DNA of 64,000 nt from Octopus sinensis (GCF_006345805.1 NC_043000.1:2046001-2110000); one strand, 5' to 3'. Shown: positions 23,608 to 36,776, counted from the stretch's first letter. The notes: generated from the letters alone by a model not told the origin. Made by a program: numbers and translations.

Positions 23608-24198
23608 AAACCTCCTGACACCTGTCATAAAACCAGCACCTTCTCAAATACTTCCCTATCCAGTTAGTTAAAGGGGCTTCTTCCTTATTGTGGTTTTTTC
23701 CTTGTCTTGCAGGTTACTTAGCAACCATACTAGTTCCAGTGGCAGGTAAAAAACACCTGCACAAACTGTAACATGGTTGGTGTTAGTAAGAAGGTCATCC
23801 AGCTGTAGAAACCATGCCAAAACTGACATTGTAGCTTGATGCAGCTCTGCAGGTTGCCAGATTCTGCCAAACCATCCAATCCATACCAGCATAGAAAAAT
23901 GGATGTTAAGTAATAGCGATAATATAGTGTACTATGTGTTTGCTTGTTGGTAGGATCAGCAAAAACGTATTCAACCAAGTAAGAAATAAGTGCCATTTAA
24001 TGGATACAGGAGTTAGGCATGAGCTACTTCAAGTTTCATGCTTGGTGAGTCCAGTAACTGGACAAGCTTTTATAGTGTTCTGTGCATGGCTTAGAACACT
24101 ATACAAAATCTTTGCAGTCTGCTTTACACCTGCTTGATTACATCACTACCTGACCATTAAATTTGAAGTAGTTCATATATAACTTCTATATCCATTAA

Positions 24199-24235
<37 letters not shown>

Positions 24236-24239
<4 letters not shown>

Positions 24240-24468
24240 TTCTTTACTACCCACAAGGGGCTAAACACAGAGGGGACAAACAAGGACAGACAAAGGGATT
24301 AAGTCGATCACATCGACCCCAGTGCGTGACTGGTACTTAATTTATCGACCCTGAAAGGATGAAAGGCAAAGTTGACCTCGGCGGGATTTGAACTCGGTAT
24401 GTAACGACAGACGAAATACGGCTACGCATTTCGCCCAGCGTGCTAACGTTTCTGCCAGCTCGCCGCCT
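24236..24468 (-). mobile_element. SINE A inserted in a (TA)n tract
   Basis: Family match; TA repeats on both sides. Confidence 0.88.
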
Positions 24469-24509
24469 TTTATATATATATATATGTAATAATTTTATTT
24501 TATTTTACA

Positions 24510-24798
24510 TAAGCACCGCCTCGACTGGCTTCTGTGCCGGTGGCACATAAAAAGCACCAACCGATCGTGGCCGATGCCAGACCCCTCTGGCACCTGTGCA
24601 GGTGGCATGTAAAAAGCACCCACTACACTCACGGAGTGGTTGGCGTTAGGAAGGGCATCCAGCTGTAGAAACACTGCCAGATTAGACTGGAGCCTGGAGC
24701 AGCCCCTGGCTCCCCAGACCCCGGTCGAACCGTCCAACCCGTGCTAGCATGGAAAACAGACGTTAAACGATGATGATGATGATGATGATGATGATGAT
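24510..24798 (+). mobile_element. Family C (RTE 3'UTR)
   Basis: Family match with a long (GAT)n tail. Confidence 0.85.
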
Positions 24799-25039
24799 AC
24801 TTATGCACATAAAACTGAAGTATGACCTCCATCAGCATATATGAGAAATTAGAGTTCTTGGCTTGATTTATTGGTACACTTGGACACAATGAGGTTAATA
24901 AAACCTAACCTGTTGCCACATGATCACATTCATGGAAGAAATTGAATATGGTACTGCAGCTCTATTAAAACACATCGATTATGTGAGTACTTGTTGCCCG
25001 CTTATTGGGGAAAATTATATCTTCCAGGTACAGGTGTGG

Positions 25040-25215
25040 GTAGGCATAGGTGTGGCTGGGTGGTTAAGAAGCTTGTTTCCCAACCACATGGTTTGGGGTT
25101 CAGTTCAATAACAGGGCACTTGGACGAGTATCTTCTACTATAGTCCCAGGTTGACCAAAGCCTTGTGAGTGGATTTGGTAGATGGAAACTGAAAGAAGCC
25201 CATTATATAATATAC

Positions 25216-25284
<69 letters not shown>

Positions 25285-25360
25285 TGAGTGAGTGTATGTT
25301 TGTTTCCTTGTCTTGATATTGTGTGACTGTAAATGAATGCCATTCATTTCCAGTATGATA
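25040..25360 (+). mobile_element. SINE B variant with a long (TG)n and an alternative 3' part (TTTCCTTGTCTTGATATTG)
   Basis: B head, (TG)n at ~25218-25282, then a different downstream sequence. Confidence 0.75.
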
Positions 25361-25392
25361 TATTTCCAATATTTTACAAAACCATGTCTGGT

Positions 25393-25429
<37 letters not shown>

Positions 25430-25509
25430 TATATAACGGGCTTCTTTCAATTTCCATCTACTAAATCCATTCACATGTCTTTTGTCAGCCCAGGACTATA
25501 GTAGAAAAC

Positions 25510-25775
25510 CCTCTGGCTATGGGGAAATTTGGCATGGTTTTCTACAGCTTGATACCCTTCCTAGTGCCAACCACTCTGAGAGTGTGATAGGTGTTTTTAT
25601 GTGCTACTGGCATGGGTGCCATTTGTGTGACATTGGTAACTGCCACAGCTGGGATTTTGCTCAGCTTGATGGGTCTTCTTCTCAAGCAAATGCCAAAGGT
25701 CTTGAACATCGCCTCTGAGAGGCCCAACACTTGAAAGGAACTCAGCCACTTTGTCTCCATGAGGCCCATCACTCG
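25510..25775 (-). mobile_element. RTE LINE ORF2 C-terminal remnant running into family C sequence
   Basis: Minus-strand frames give VLGLSEAM / DLW...LEKKTHQA, followed by the C motif. Confidence 0.6.
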
Positions 25776-26707
25776 AATCCATGCACATGTGCACACATAC
25801 ACACACAGTTATGTACACTCACATATACATACACGCATACATTTACTTATATACACTCCTACAATTATATATACACTTATACACGCATATAACATATAGA
25901 ATCATATGTTATATGCAAAGTGGGCATGAAAATGATGATGATGATGATGATGAATGTTGCCTATTTACAGCTAGGTAGACTGTGGTAGCCTGCGGTATTT
26001 GAAGCCTGATGGATTGTAACCTATTCAAGGTACCTGTATTCAGCTATGCAAAATCTATCAGCTTGTAGCACCTGTTGATATCTAGATGGGCACTACCATT
26101 CCAAAGCACAGCTAGTTATACCTGCTTCTATAATTAGATTACAGTTAGATGGCCTGTAAAATAAAAAAAGGGTAAAGACCCCCTACAGTCATGAATAACC
26201 ATGGAATCGCGCTTAGGAAGTTACCCTCCAAGACACAAGTCTGGGGAAGGTTGTTTATAGAAGACCAGTAGTTGACCACATCACTGGTGTTAGGCCTAGA
26301 AGGATTGTACTAGTCTGTTATATCTACTTATATTTTGATGTGCTACCCTATGGTACCTTTACAGAGAGATGAACTGAACCACACACGTGTGCACAGACAC
26401 ATAAATACACAGAGTTATGCACCCTAACATGTACACATATACATTTACTCATATGCATTCATACAATTATATATACATTTATGCGTATGTATAACATATG
26501 CGATCATATATGTGTATGTATGTGTGTGCATATGTATATATGTATGCATACACACACACACATATATATATACACACACATGCATACATGCACAAATGCT
26601 TTATACACATTCATCCACAACCTAATAATTATATAGTCATGTACTCCATGTGTTACATATTATATGTATGTTTTTTATTATCATTACAAATCTTTGCACA
26701 CATACGA

Positions 26708-26750
<43 letters not shown>

Positions 26751-28320
26751 CAGATATGATTTTTTCCCCCATATGTATGTGTATGATTCTATATGTTATA
26801 TGCATGTATAAATGTATGTATAATTCTAGGAGTGTATACAAGTAAATTATGTGTGAGTGTTCATAACTGTGTATTTGTGTGTGTACCTTGATATATATAT
26901 ATATATATATATTTATTATATATATGTGTGTGTGTGTAAATATGCATGCATTCGCATATACACTTGCACACAAATAAAATATTTACATGCATGTTCAGAC
27001 CCACAAATATGCATTGATACACCTCACGCAAGACTATACGCACAACTACCCTGGTATATATAATTATAGCTGTCTTATTTCAATTATGTGCATGAATATG
27101 CATACACACGCTCACAAAACCTGGTATAATTACAACTCAGGTTCAATTCTCAACCATCACAGTGCTACACATCCTACACTCTTATTGAACCACTACCAAT
27201 ATTACGTATAGCAACCAGCAATTTAATATCATCACCATCATCATCATAATCAATTCCACAACGATCATCATCATCATCAACATCTCAGGCCAGCCTCCTA
27301 TCTTAATTACTGCTCAGATCAATATAGTGCAGCTTTGATGTGCAACATTGCACAATAATGATCAATAGATGTGCATCTTGGTGGTAGCATATTGCAGCAA
27401 AGTTGCATCTGGCTATTGTTCCATTGTGCACTGATGTGGTTTACATTGTATTTGAACAGTAATGTGATGGTCTAGTGATTTGGTCTCAAGGCAGTTTCAC
27501 AACAAAGTTTGGTAATGGTCTAATCATAATTTAAATGATGGTTTTATAATGGTTGTATGATAGCATCGCTATTGTCAGGCAACAGTCCGGTGGTGTTCTT
27601 AAAATAGTGTGGTCTTGGTCATTTAATGATCTGCTGATGGTTTGTTAACAGTTGTTTGAAAGTCTGGCCATTGTCTTGTGGCATTATGACATTATAATGG
27701 CTTGAAAACAGCCTTGAATGAATGTTTCCATCTAAGGGGCCTTAAACACAGCCACTATTCTTATCCATTCATTGCATTTTCATGCACTCTTTGTTATGAA
27801 TACAGTTAGTAGGTCTTGAGTTCTCTTCTGACCTAATTTACTCTCAGAGTTGACCTCCTTAGCCTTTAGCTCTTCACAAGTATCAAGACAGTAAGGGTTT
27901 ATACTTGGAGCTGTCCTTCTCCTAGTTTGGCTCCTTCCAAGGCTGCTGAGCCCAGACTGCTTACCCTAGTTATACCACCAGTGTTGCTATCTCCTAGAGA
28001 CTTATTTTATGTCAGATACAAACCAGGAATTTCCAAGTCCCTGCACTATTGCGAGATAGTTGTTGACCCTATGTTGTCTTCGTCCATTCTTTTGGCAGGT
28101 ATTGTTTTTATCCTGATGGGTTTCTAGCAACCAGGCTTGCCTAGTGAGGAAGTATTGTAGTTGCCAATGACTTAGACCATGCAACAGATTATATTGGACT
28201 ATATCGTGTCATCAGTAGCATTTATGACTAAACTGACTAACAGACATATAGCTTTATTGCTAAAAAACACCACCACCACCATACCACCCATGTTAAAATG
28301 AGAAAATGAATAAAAAATAT

Positions 28321-28768
28321 TGTAAAGTATAAAAGCCATCTTATCATGGCTAACCACATTGGGGAGGGGGTGTTACTGTAGCTTTATAGCCCCAAGAGAT
28401 CGTCGTCTCTAGCTGGCTCTAGACACAATATCTGTGTCCTTGGAGTATTTGCAAAGGGAGGCCATCCCTTCCTCGCAAGCCTGAGTGATACGCTCGAACT
28501 AGTTTCGGGATTGTTGTCCCTCGTCAACGGGCGGTAACCACCAGGTAGCGATAAAAGTGAAGGCTCCTTTGCAAATAGATATAAGTTTTTCTAATGGCGT
28601 CTGCCACTGATGTCGAAAAACGAACAGTAAGCATAATTAAATCTCAGAATGAGATTGAAACAGTAATCGCTCGATAATGTAAAGTATAGAAGCCATCTTA
28701 TCATGGCTAACCACATTGGGGAGGGGGTGTTACTGTAGCTTTATAGCCCCAAGAGATCCTCGTCTCTA
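28321..28768. mobile_element. Unclassified element with 91-bp direct repeats at a 357-bp period
   Basis: 28321-28411 versus 28678-28768, 2 mismatches; homologous to the foldback at 57.7 kb. Confidence 0.75.
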
Positions 28769-29124
28769 ACTTAAAGAAAAATTGCAGTGAAAGAACCAAG
28801 GAATAATACAATGACATATGAATTTGCAAACTAATTAAAAAAAAATGGTCCAGACATTGTCATTAAGGATGGAGCTAGGAAAAAAATATCTCTTCATTGA
28901 CTTTGCTTCCTTCCAGAACATTCTTGAAATGAAATTGAGAACCTACGATGTAAATAAATGTCCTCAATTTCATTCACAGCCTTCTAACATAACCCATCTT
29001 TTCTTCAGAAAAGAAAGAAAAAAAAGAAAGAATCCTGCCTGGAACATCAAAACCTAATTCCCTATTCTTACTGCACACAATCTTATCATCATTGTCATCA
29101 TTTAGCATCCACTTTCTATGCTGT

Positions 29125-29852
29125 CAGTGTTTCTCAACCGGGGTTTCGCAAAAGGTTCGTAGGAGTTCTGTGAAAAAGACTGAGATAAGCTAATGCTAAT
29201 TTCATGCTCAGCATATTATTGGTTAATGTGATATTGTGATATAAACATCATCCTGTATAACCTATTATGTTATCAAAAAGAATATAACAATTGGGGATGT
29301 ATATATATATATGTGATACTTACCACATGAACTACAATGAAAAATATGAGAAAGATATACTCTTACTCTTTACTCTTTTACTTGTTTCAGTCATTTGACT
29401 GCGGCCATGCTGGAGCACCGCCTTTAGTCGAGCAAATCGACCCCGGGACTTATACTTTGTAAGCCCAGTACTTATTCTATTGGTCTCTTTTGCCGAACCG
29501 CTAAGTGACGGGGACATAAACACACCAGCATCGGTTGTCAAGCAATGCTAGGGGGACAAACACAGACTCACAAACACACACACACGCATATATATATATA
29601 TATACGACGGGCTTCTTTCAGTTTCCGTCTAACAAATCCACTCACACGGCATTGGTCGGCCCGGGGCTATAGCAGAAGACACTTGCCCAAGATGCCACGC
29701 AGTGGAGCTGAACCCGGAACCATGTGGTTGGTTAGCAAGCTACTTACCACACAGCCACTCCTGATATATAATTTTTTTTTTATTCAGGGGTTCCTTGAGA
29801 CATGTTATTTATTTTAAGGTTTATTCAGGGGTAAAAAGGTTGAGAAACACTG
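29125..29852. mobile_element. hAT-like MITE (TIR CAGTGTTTCTCAACC) with a nested minus-strand SINE B (~29360-29762)
   Basis: Perfect 15-bp TIRs. No 8-bp TSD is visible. A second right end lies at 36311-36325. Confidence 0.75.
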
Positions 29853-29954
29853 GGTTAGCTCAAGCATGGCAAGACGAAAAGCAAAGTTGATTTCTAACAA
29901 AGATACAATATTGCAAATTTTAGGAATTACAAAGATACAATATTATAAATTTTG

Positions 29955-30228
29955 GGTATTGCCAGTGCCGCTGGACTGGCTCCTGTGCAGGTGGCACATA
30001 AAAAGCACCATTTGAGTGTGGCCATTGTCAGTACCGCCTGACTGGCCCTCATGTCGGTGGCACGTAAAAGCACCAACTACACTCTCGGAGTGGCTGGTGT
30101 TAGGAAGGGCATCCAGCTGTAGAAACTTTGCCAGATCAGACTGGAGTCTGGTTCGCCAGACCTCAGTCAAATCGTCAAATCCATGCAAGCATGGAAAGCA
30201 GATGTTAAACGATGATGATGATGATGTT
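29955..30228 (+). mobile_element. Family C (RTE 3'UTR)
   Basis: Family match. Confidence 0.8.
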
Positions 30229-30424
30229 AATGCAAATTCCCTCACCCCCATCCCATCACAACTTGATCAGCATTTTATTTTATTGATATCCAAAGATAGA
30301 AGGCAAAATTGACTTCTGAATGTGAATGGATATAACTGAATACCATAAAGCATTTTATCGGGTATTATATAATGCATCCTGCAATATTTCGTTACCTTTG
30401 TGTCAATATGGTTGGTATTTTTTA

Positions 30425-30636
30425 TTTTTTACTTGTTTTAGTTATTGGACTGTGGCCATGCTAGGGTACCACCTTTGAAAGGTTTTTAATCAAATAGATT
30501 GAGCCCAGTACTTATTCTGGTTCCGGGTTCATTCCCACTGCGTAGCATCTTGGGCAAGTGTCTTCTACTATAGCCTCGGGCTGACCAAAGCCTTGTGAGT
30601 GGATTTGGTAGACAGAAACTGAAAGAAGCCCGTCGT

Positions 30637-30687
<51 letters not shown>

Positions 30688-31150
30688 AATATGTTTGTGT
30701 TTGTTCCCCCAACATCACTTGACAACCGATGCTGGTGTGTTTACGTCCCCGTAACTTAGCAGTTTGGTAAAAGAGACTAATAGAATATGTACTAGGCTTA
30801 CAAAGAATAAGTCCTGGGGTTGATTTGCTTGACTAAAGGTGGTGCTCCAGCATGGCTGCAGTCAAATGACTAAACAAGTAAAAGTAAAACTCTCTTTTGC
30901 CAAACAGGTAATTTACAGGGGTGTAAACAAGCCAACACCAGTTATCAAGTGGTAGGGTTGCAAAGACACACACATACACACACAGATGTATGTGTGTGTA
31001 CATGATGGGCTTCCACACAGTTTCAGCCAACCAAATTCACTCATGTCATTGGTTGTCTTGAGGCTATAGTAGAAGATACAATTGCCTGAGATGTTGCATT
31101 GAGAGACCTAGACCCAAAGCCATGTGATTGCAAATCTAGCTTCTTAACTA
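30425..31150. mobile_element. Young plus-strand SINE B (~30518-30890) nested in an old minus-strand SINE B
   Basis: The old copy is split into 30425-30517 and 30890-31150. Confidence 0.7.
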
Positions 31151-31357
31151 TAGTCAATAAGTTAGGCATTAGTGATGGGTATCTTCTGCTCCTTTATTTT
31201 GCTGATCCAGAAGAAGAAAATTATTAAGAAGAACTTTCTTTTCCTTTTTTCTGTTTTGGTAAGATTTAAATTCAAAAATGGAAGTGAATTTAAATAGCAA
31301 ACCCCTAGACAATTTATACTTCTTGACTTCTTTTATACTTCTTGCGGCTGTTCACCA

Positions 31358-31690
31358 GCCTCGTCTGGCACCTGTGTCGGTGGCACATAAAAAAACACCA
31401 TCCGAGCGTGGCCGTCTGCCAGCCTCGTCTGGCACCTGTGTCGGTGGCACATAAAAAAACACCATCCGAGCGTGGCCGTCTGCCAGCCTCGTCTGGCACC
31501 TGTGTCGGTGGCACATAAAATCACCCTGACACTCTCAGAGTGGTTGGCGTTAGGAAGGGCATCCAGCTGTAGAAACACTGCCAGATCTGACTGGCCTGGT
31601 GCAGCCTTCGGGCTCCCCAGACCCCAGTTGAACTGTCCAACCCATGCTAGCATGGAAAGCGGACGTTAAACGATGATGATGATGATGACT
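31358..31690 (+). mobile_element. Family C with an internal ~62-bp VNTR
   Basis: Repeats of GGTGGCACATAAAAAAACACCATCCGAGCGTGGCCGTCTGCCAGCCTCGTCTGGCACCTGTGTC. Confidence 0.88.
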
Positions 31691-32309
31691 GATTTGTTCC
31701 AATGTAGCTCATCACACAAGTTACTAATTGATGTGACTATCTTTATAAAAACAGGTTAGTCATCTGCATCATCTCTTGCCCGCCACCCTCTTTTCCGTCT
31801 CAGACTTGGATATTTGGAATTTTGCCCAAAAAAAGTATATCAGAAATTCATGCCTTGCTATATTACACATTTGGTCTTAATATACAGACAGAAACACCTA
31901 TTTTCCTTCCGTTTCTCTGATCAACTACATCGGTGCTTTCTCTTGTATATTTTGGTTTTTGAAAGTTTTGAAACATATGGAAATGGTTTGTTCTAAATTT
32001 TTGTCTGCTACATTTTTTTTTTTTTTTTGGCTAAAGTTTTTTTTTTTTTTTTGGTCAGCTGTACTCTTAACATTTGAAATGGTGGCAGACAGTTTGGAGA
32101 AAGTATGGTCAATTGACTTAACACCAGAATTCAAATTTTGCCTATCCTCCCTATCACCCATCATCATCATCATCATTTTCATGTCCACTTTTCCATGCTT
32201 GCATGGGTCAGCTGGAACCTTTTGAGGCAGGTTTTATAGGCCCAGATGCCCTTTCTGTCACCACTCCTCACCTGTTTTCAAGCAAGGTAATATAGCCTCA
32301 TGGTCAGTC

Positions 32310-32612
32310 ATCATCATCATCATCATCGTTTAATGTCCGCTTTCCATGCTAGCATGGGTTGGACGGTTCAACTGGGGTCTGGGGAGCCAGAAGGCTGCAC
32401 CAGGCCAGTCAGATCTGGCAGTGTTTCTACAGCTGATGCCCTTCCTAATGCCAACCACTCCGAGAGTGTAGTGGGTGATTTTATGTGCCACCGACACAGG
32501 TGCCAGACGAGGCTGGCGAACGGCCACGCTCGGATGGTGTTTTTTATGTGCCACCGACACAGGTGCCAGACGAGGCTGGCGACGGCCACGATCGGATGGT
32601 GTTTGTTATGTG
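32310..32612 (-). mobile_element. Family C with an internal VNTR, inverted relative to 31358-31690
   Basis: Reverse complement of the same subfamily. Confidence 0.88.
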
Positions 32613-32710
32613 CCCACAGTCATGTTCTCACAAAATACTTAAAATAAATAATAACAGTGACACTCAATTTACAACTGTCAGGCAATGTCAAGACAAGGAA
32701 ACACAACCCA

Positions 32711-33238
32711 CATGTGCACACCTTGTGCACCACACGTGCACACCTTGTGCTCCACATGTGCACACCTTGTGCTCCACATGTGCACACCTTGTGCTCCACA
32801 TGTGCACACCTTGTGCACCACACTTGCACACCTTGTGCACCACACGTGCACACCTTGTGCACCACACGTGCACACCTTGTGCTCCACACGTGCACACCTT
32901 GTGCTCCACATGTGCACACCTTGTGCTCCACATGTGCACACCTTGTGCTCCACATGTGCACACCTTGTGCACCACACTTGCACACCTTGTGCACCACACG
33001 TGCACACCTTGTGCACCACACGTGCACACCTTGTGCTCCACACGTGCACACCTTGTGCTCCACATGTGCACACCTTGTGCTCCACATGTGCACACCTTGT
33101 GCTCCACATGTGCACACCTTGTGCTCCACATGTGCACACCTTGTGCACCACACTTGCACACCTTGTGCACCACACGTGCACACCTTGTGCTCCACACGTG
33201 CACACCTTGTGCACCACATGTGCACACCTTGTGCTCCA
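32711..33238. repeat. 22-bp minisatellite, 24 units, consensus CA(T/C)GTGCACACCTTGTGC(T/A)CCA
   Basis: Units counted directly (24 x 22 = 528 bp). Confidence 0.97.
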
Positions 33239-33285
33239 CATGTGCACACACACTCACACATGCACACAAACTTCTTTCAGTTTCT

Positions 33286-33517
33286 TATTTCTTTATTGAC
33301 CACTAGGGGCTAAACATAGAGGAGACAAACACGAACAAAGGGATTAAGTCGATTACATCGACCCTAGTGCATAACTGGTACTTAATTTATCGACCCTGAA
33401 AGGATGAAAGGCAAAGTTGACCTTGGTGGAATTTGAACTCAGAATGTAACAGCAGATGAAATACCGCTAAGTATTTCGCCCAGTGTGCTAATGTTTCTAC
33501 CAGCTCGCCACCTTAAA
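33286..33517 (-). mobile_element. SINE A nested in a SINE B variant, with a 14-bp TSD
   Basis: TTCTTTCAGTTTCT at 33272-33285 and 33518-33531; the host B head continues at 33530-33670. Confidence 0.88.
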
Positions 33518-35182
33518 TTCTTTCAGTTTCTAACTACCAAATCTACTCACAAGGTTTTGGTCGGCCTAGGACCAAAGTAGAAGACACTTGCCCAAGGTGC
33601 CACATAGTGGGACTGAACCTGGAACAATGTGGTTGGGAAGCAAACTATTTGCCACTCAGCCACACCTGCAGCCCAAGAAAGATAAACAGCAAGGTAAACT
33701 CTGAACTTACAGAAAAGGACTTAACTAAATGATTCCATGAAACATTTTGTCTATCACTGTCTTAATTTTACCATCAATCACCACTTATTAACATAGATAC
33801 AAAGCTACAAATCTTTTATGAGGAGGTTGATTAACTGCTACTTTTAGAAGGTTGAATGACCAGAAAGAGAGTCCTTTGTTAACTTGTAATATATGCAGAA
33901 ACATGTGTTGTTATGTACAGTTTAGTGTGGTAAGTTATATATAGTGTGGTGTGTTGTATATATACAGGGTAGTTCATGTGGTGTATTCTTTATTCTTTAG
34001 TTACATGCAGTTTAGTGTGATGTGTTGTATAGTAATGGGTGACAAGGGAAAATTTTGTCAAGTATGATTTTAAGTTTTCACTGCATATTGACTATAGAAA
34101 ATAGTCTAATATTTGGGCATATAAAACCCCCGATGGAAAACAATGGGCATTAGTATGTGTGGGAAATGTCTGTATTTTTTTCAGTGATATATAAAGATAT
34201 ATACAAATGAATGAAGCTCTCAGATCCTGAGTCACTTTGTTACTTCTGCTAAATATTAATAATAATAATAATGATATATATATATATATTTATACACACA
34301 CACACACACATGTCTCCGTGGATATGTGCATCATATACAGTTGTATTTATAGTTGTGAATGTATATACAGCATAGAAAGATATGTTTTGTATATGATCAC
34401 AGTGTGTACCTTTGTGCGTGTATCCTATATATCATACCTTTATATGTTAGAGTGGTACATACACATGGCTATACACACACACACACACACACACACAAGG
34501 TATATGTTATGTACAGTAGCTCTTAGTTATACATCTGTGTGTGTGTGTAATATCTATTTTTCTATCCACACACTAGTGTAACTAGATAATCAGTCATGTG
34601 ACCTTTTAATGATTACAGGTATCCACCAATGGGGGATGAGCCTTATTGATTTCTTTTGTGTGAGGGATATGACTGGCAACTTTGTGAGGATGAAATGCAG
34701 AACATACCTTAGTGAGATTTGAACTCAGAATGTTGAAGTTCCACTACTAAACGTTGACAGATACTTTGCCCCAAACTCCAATGATTTTGCCAATTCACTG
34801 CTCTGCATGCATGCATGTGTGAGTGTGTACGTACATACATACCATACATACACACATACACACATACACACACACACACATACACACACACATACATACA
34901 CACACACACATCACATCACACCACACCACACCACACCAAACACATGGCATGATTGTGTTCAGTGAAGTGAAAAGGGGAGTAGAATTTCAAATGAGTTCAC
35001 CCAGAAGTAGTGTTGCTTATTTATTGTTGTATCAGGTGACTGTAGCTTTTAGTGGGTAGTTGTTTCACATGTCCCCTGTGACACCTTACTACTAAATTAA
35101 CCTTTGACACCTGAAGAAAAAACTGAACTTGGCTGATATGCCAGCTATTAACTCAACCGTTAATTCTCCATACAATCATTTA

Positions 35183-35262
35183 ACACACACACACACACAC
35201 ACACAACACACACACACACACACACAACACACACACACACACACAAACTCACACACAAACAC

Positions 35263-35328
<66 letters not shown>
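35183..35328. repeat. Interrupted (CA)n microsatellite
   Basis: Direct reading. Confidence 0.95.
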
Positions 35329-35330
<2 letters not shown>

Positions 35331-35598
35331 TATATTGCTATATGTTTGTCACTGAATCCTATTACCATACAGTCACCAACTTTGATACATAATCCCTGTT
35401 ATGAAATCCTTTCCTGACTTGACCTTCCTTCCCAAAATGTCACCTGACACACAAGCCAGTTGAATCAGGTTTCAATGTTTATACTTTATTACTTCCATGT
35501 TTTCGAATTAATTCTTTATTTCTTGTATTGATTTCAATCATTGTACTCTGGCTTTACTGAGACACCACCTTCATAGGTTTTAGCCAATTATCTCAACA

Positions 35599-35644
<46 letters not shown>

Positions 35645-35646
<2 letters not shown>

Positions 35647-36045
35647 AGGAGTGGCTGTGTGGTAAGTAGCTTGCTTATCAACCACATGGTTCCAGGTTCA
35701 GTCCCACTGCGTGGCACCTTGGGCAAGTGTTTTCTACTATAGCCTCAGGCCAACCAAGGCCTTCTGAGTGGATTTGGTAGACGAAAACTGAAAGAAGCCT
35801 GTCATATATATGTATATATATATATGTGTGTGTGTTTGTGTGTCTGTGTTTGTCCCCACAACATTGCTTGACAACTGATGCTGGCGTGTTTACGTCCCTG
35901 TAACTTAGCGGTTCAGCAAAAGAGACCGATAGAATAAGTACTAGGCTTACATAGAATAAGTCCTGCGGTCGATTTGCTCGACTAAAGGCGGTGCTTCAGC
36001 ATGGCCGCAGTCAAATGACTGAAACAAATAAGAGCGTAAAAGAGT
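35645..36045 (+). mobile_element. SINE B
   Basis: Family match; follows a (TA)n tract. Confidence 0.9.
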
Positions 36046-36776
36046 AATATATATATATATTTGTGTGTGTGTGTTTATGTTCATGTATATTTGCATATAT
36101 GTAATTTTATATTTGAGTGTACATCTTGCAGAATACAAATCCTAATAATATTTATACAATTATATTTATACAATTCCTAATAATATTTAATTATAAAATT
36201 ATAATAGGATCTTTTTTGATGTTTAATTTTAGAAATATAATAGGATTTTTTAAACATTGAATGGCTATGAAAGTCCATCTGAGTAAAATAGGGTCCAGGG
36301 GTAAAAAAACGGTTGAGAAACACTGTTCTAGTCTAATGGCATGGTTAGACACCAAAGCAGCTTATTGTCCCAGAGTGGCTAGGTATACCAGCTGTCGGAC
36401 TCTTTGGATTAAGATTATATATCTTCGTCGCTTTGAGACCGCGACCTGTTCACTGAAAAAATTCGGACAAATTAAATTTAAATGTTGAAGTGAATCTAAC
36501 GGATTTTAGTGTGTTTCTTCAATGGCTTATAAACACCTTCCAAGCTGCAATTGTTTGTGTATATATATATATGAATAAAAAATGGAGTTAACGCAGGTGT
36601 AAACAAGTATTTTTACTTTCGACACATGTTTCGAAAATTCCACTGATACTTGTGAGATTAAGTTTCTACCTTTATAAACAAGGAGTTACAACACCTTTAC
36701 TTGTGAGATTTTTGCTGCCCTGGTAACTATTTATTTATTTTTCCGTGTTAATTGTTAACAAGGTAAAAATACACTC

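Noticed and set aside
28455-28560. HDV-like ribozyme (TTG-TCCCTCGT-CAA resembles P3/L3; GCGA resembles J4/2)
   Set aside because: I could not build a 7-bp P1 starting with G or a matching P2. Kept only as a structured-RNA hint.
32620-33313. Cys/His-rich metallothionein-like ORFs in all six frames
   Set aside because: They are a by-product of the stop-free 22-bp minisatellite.
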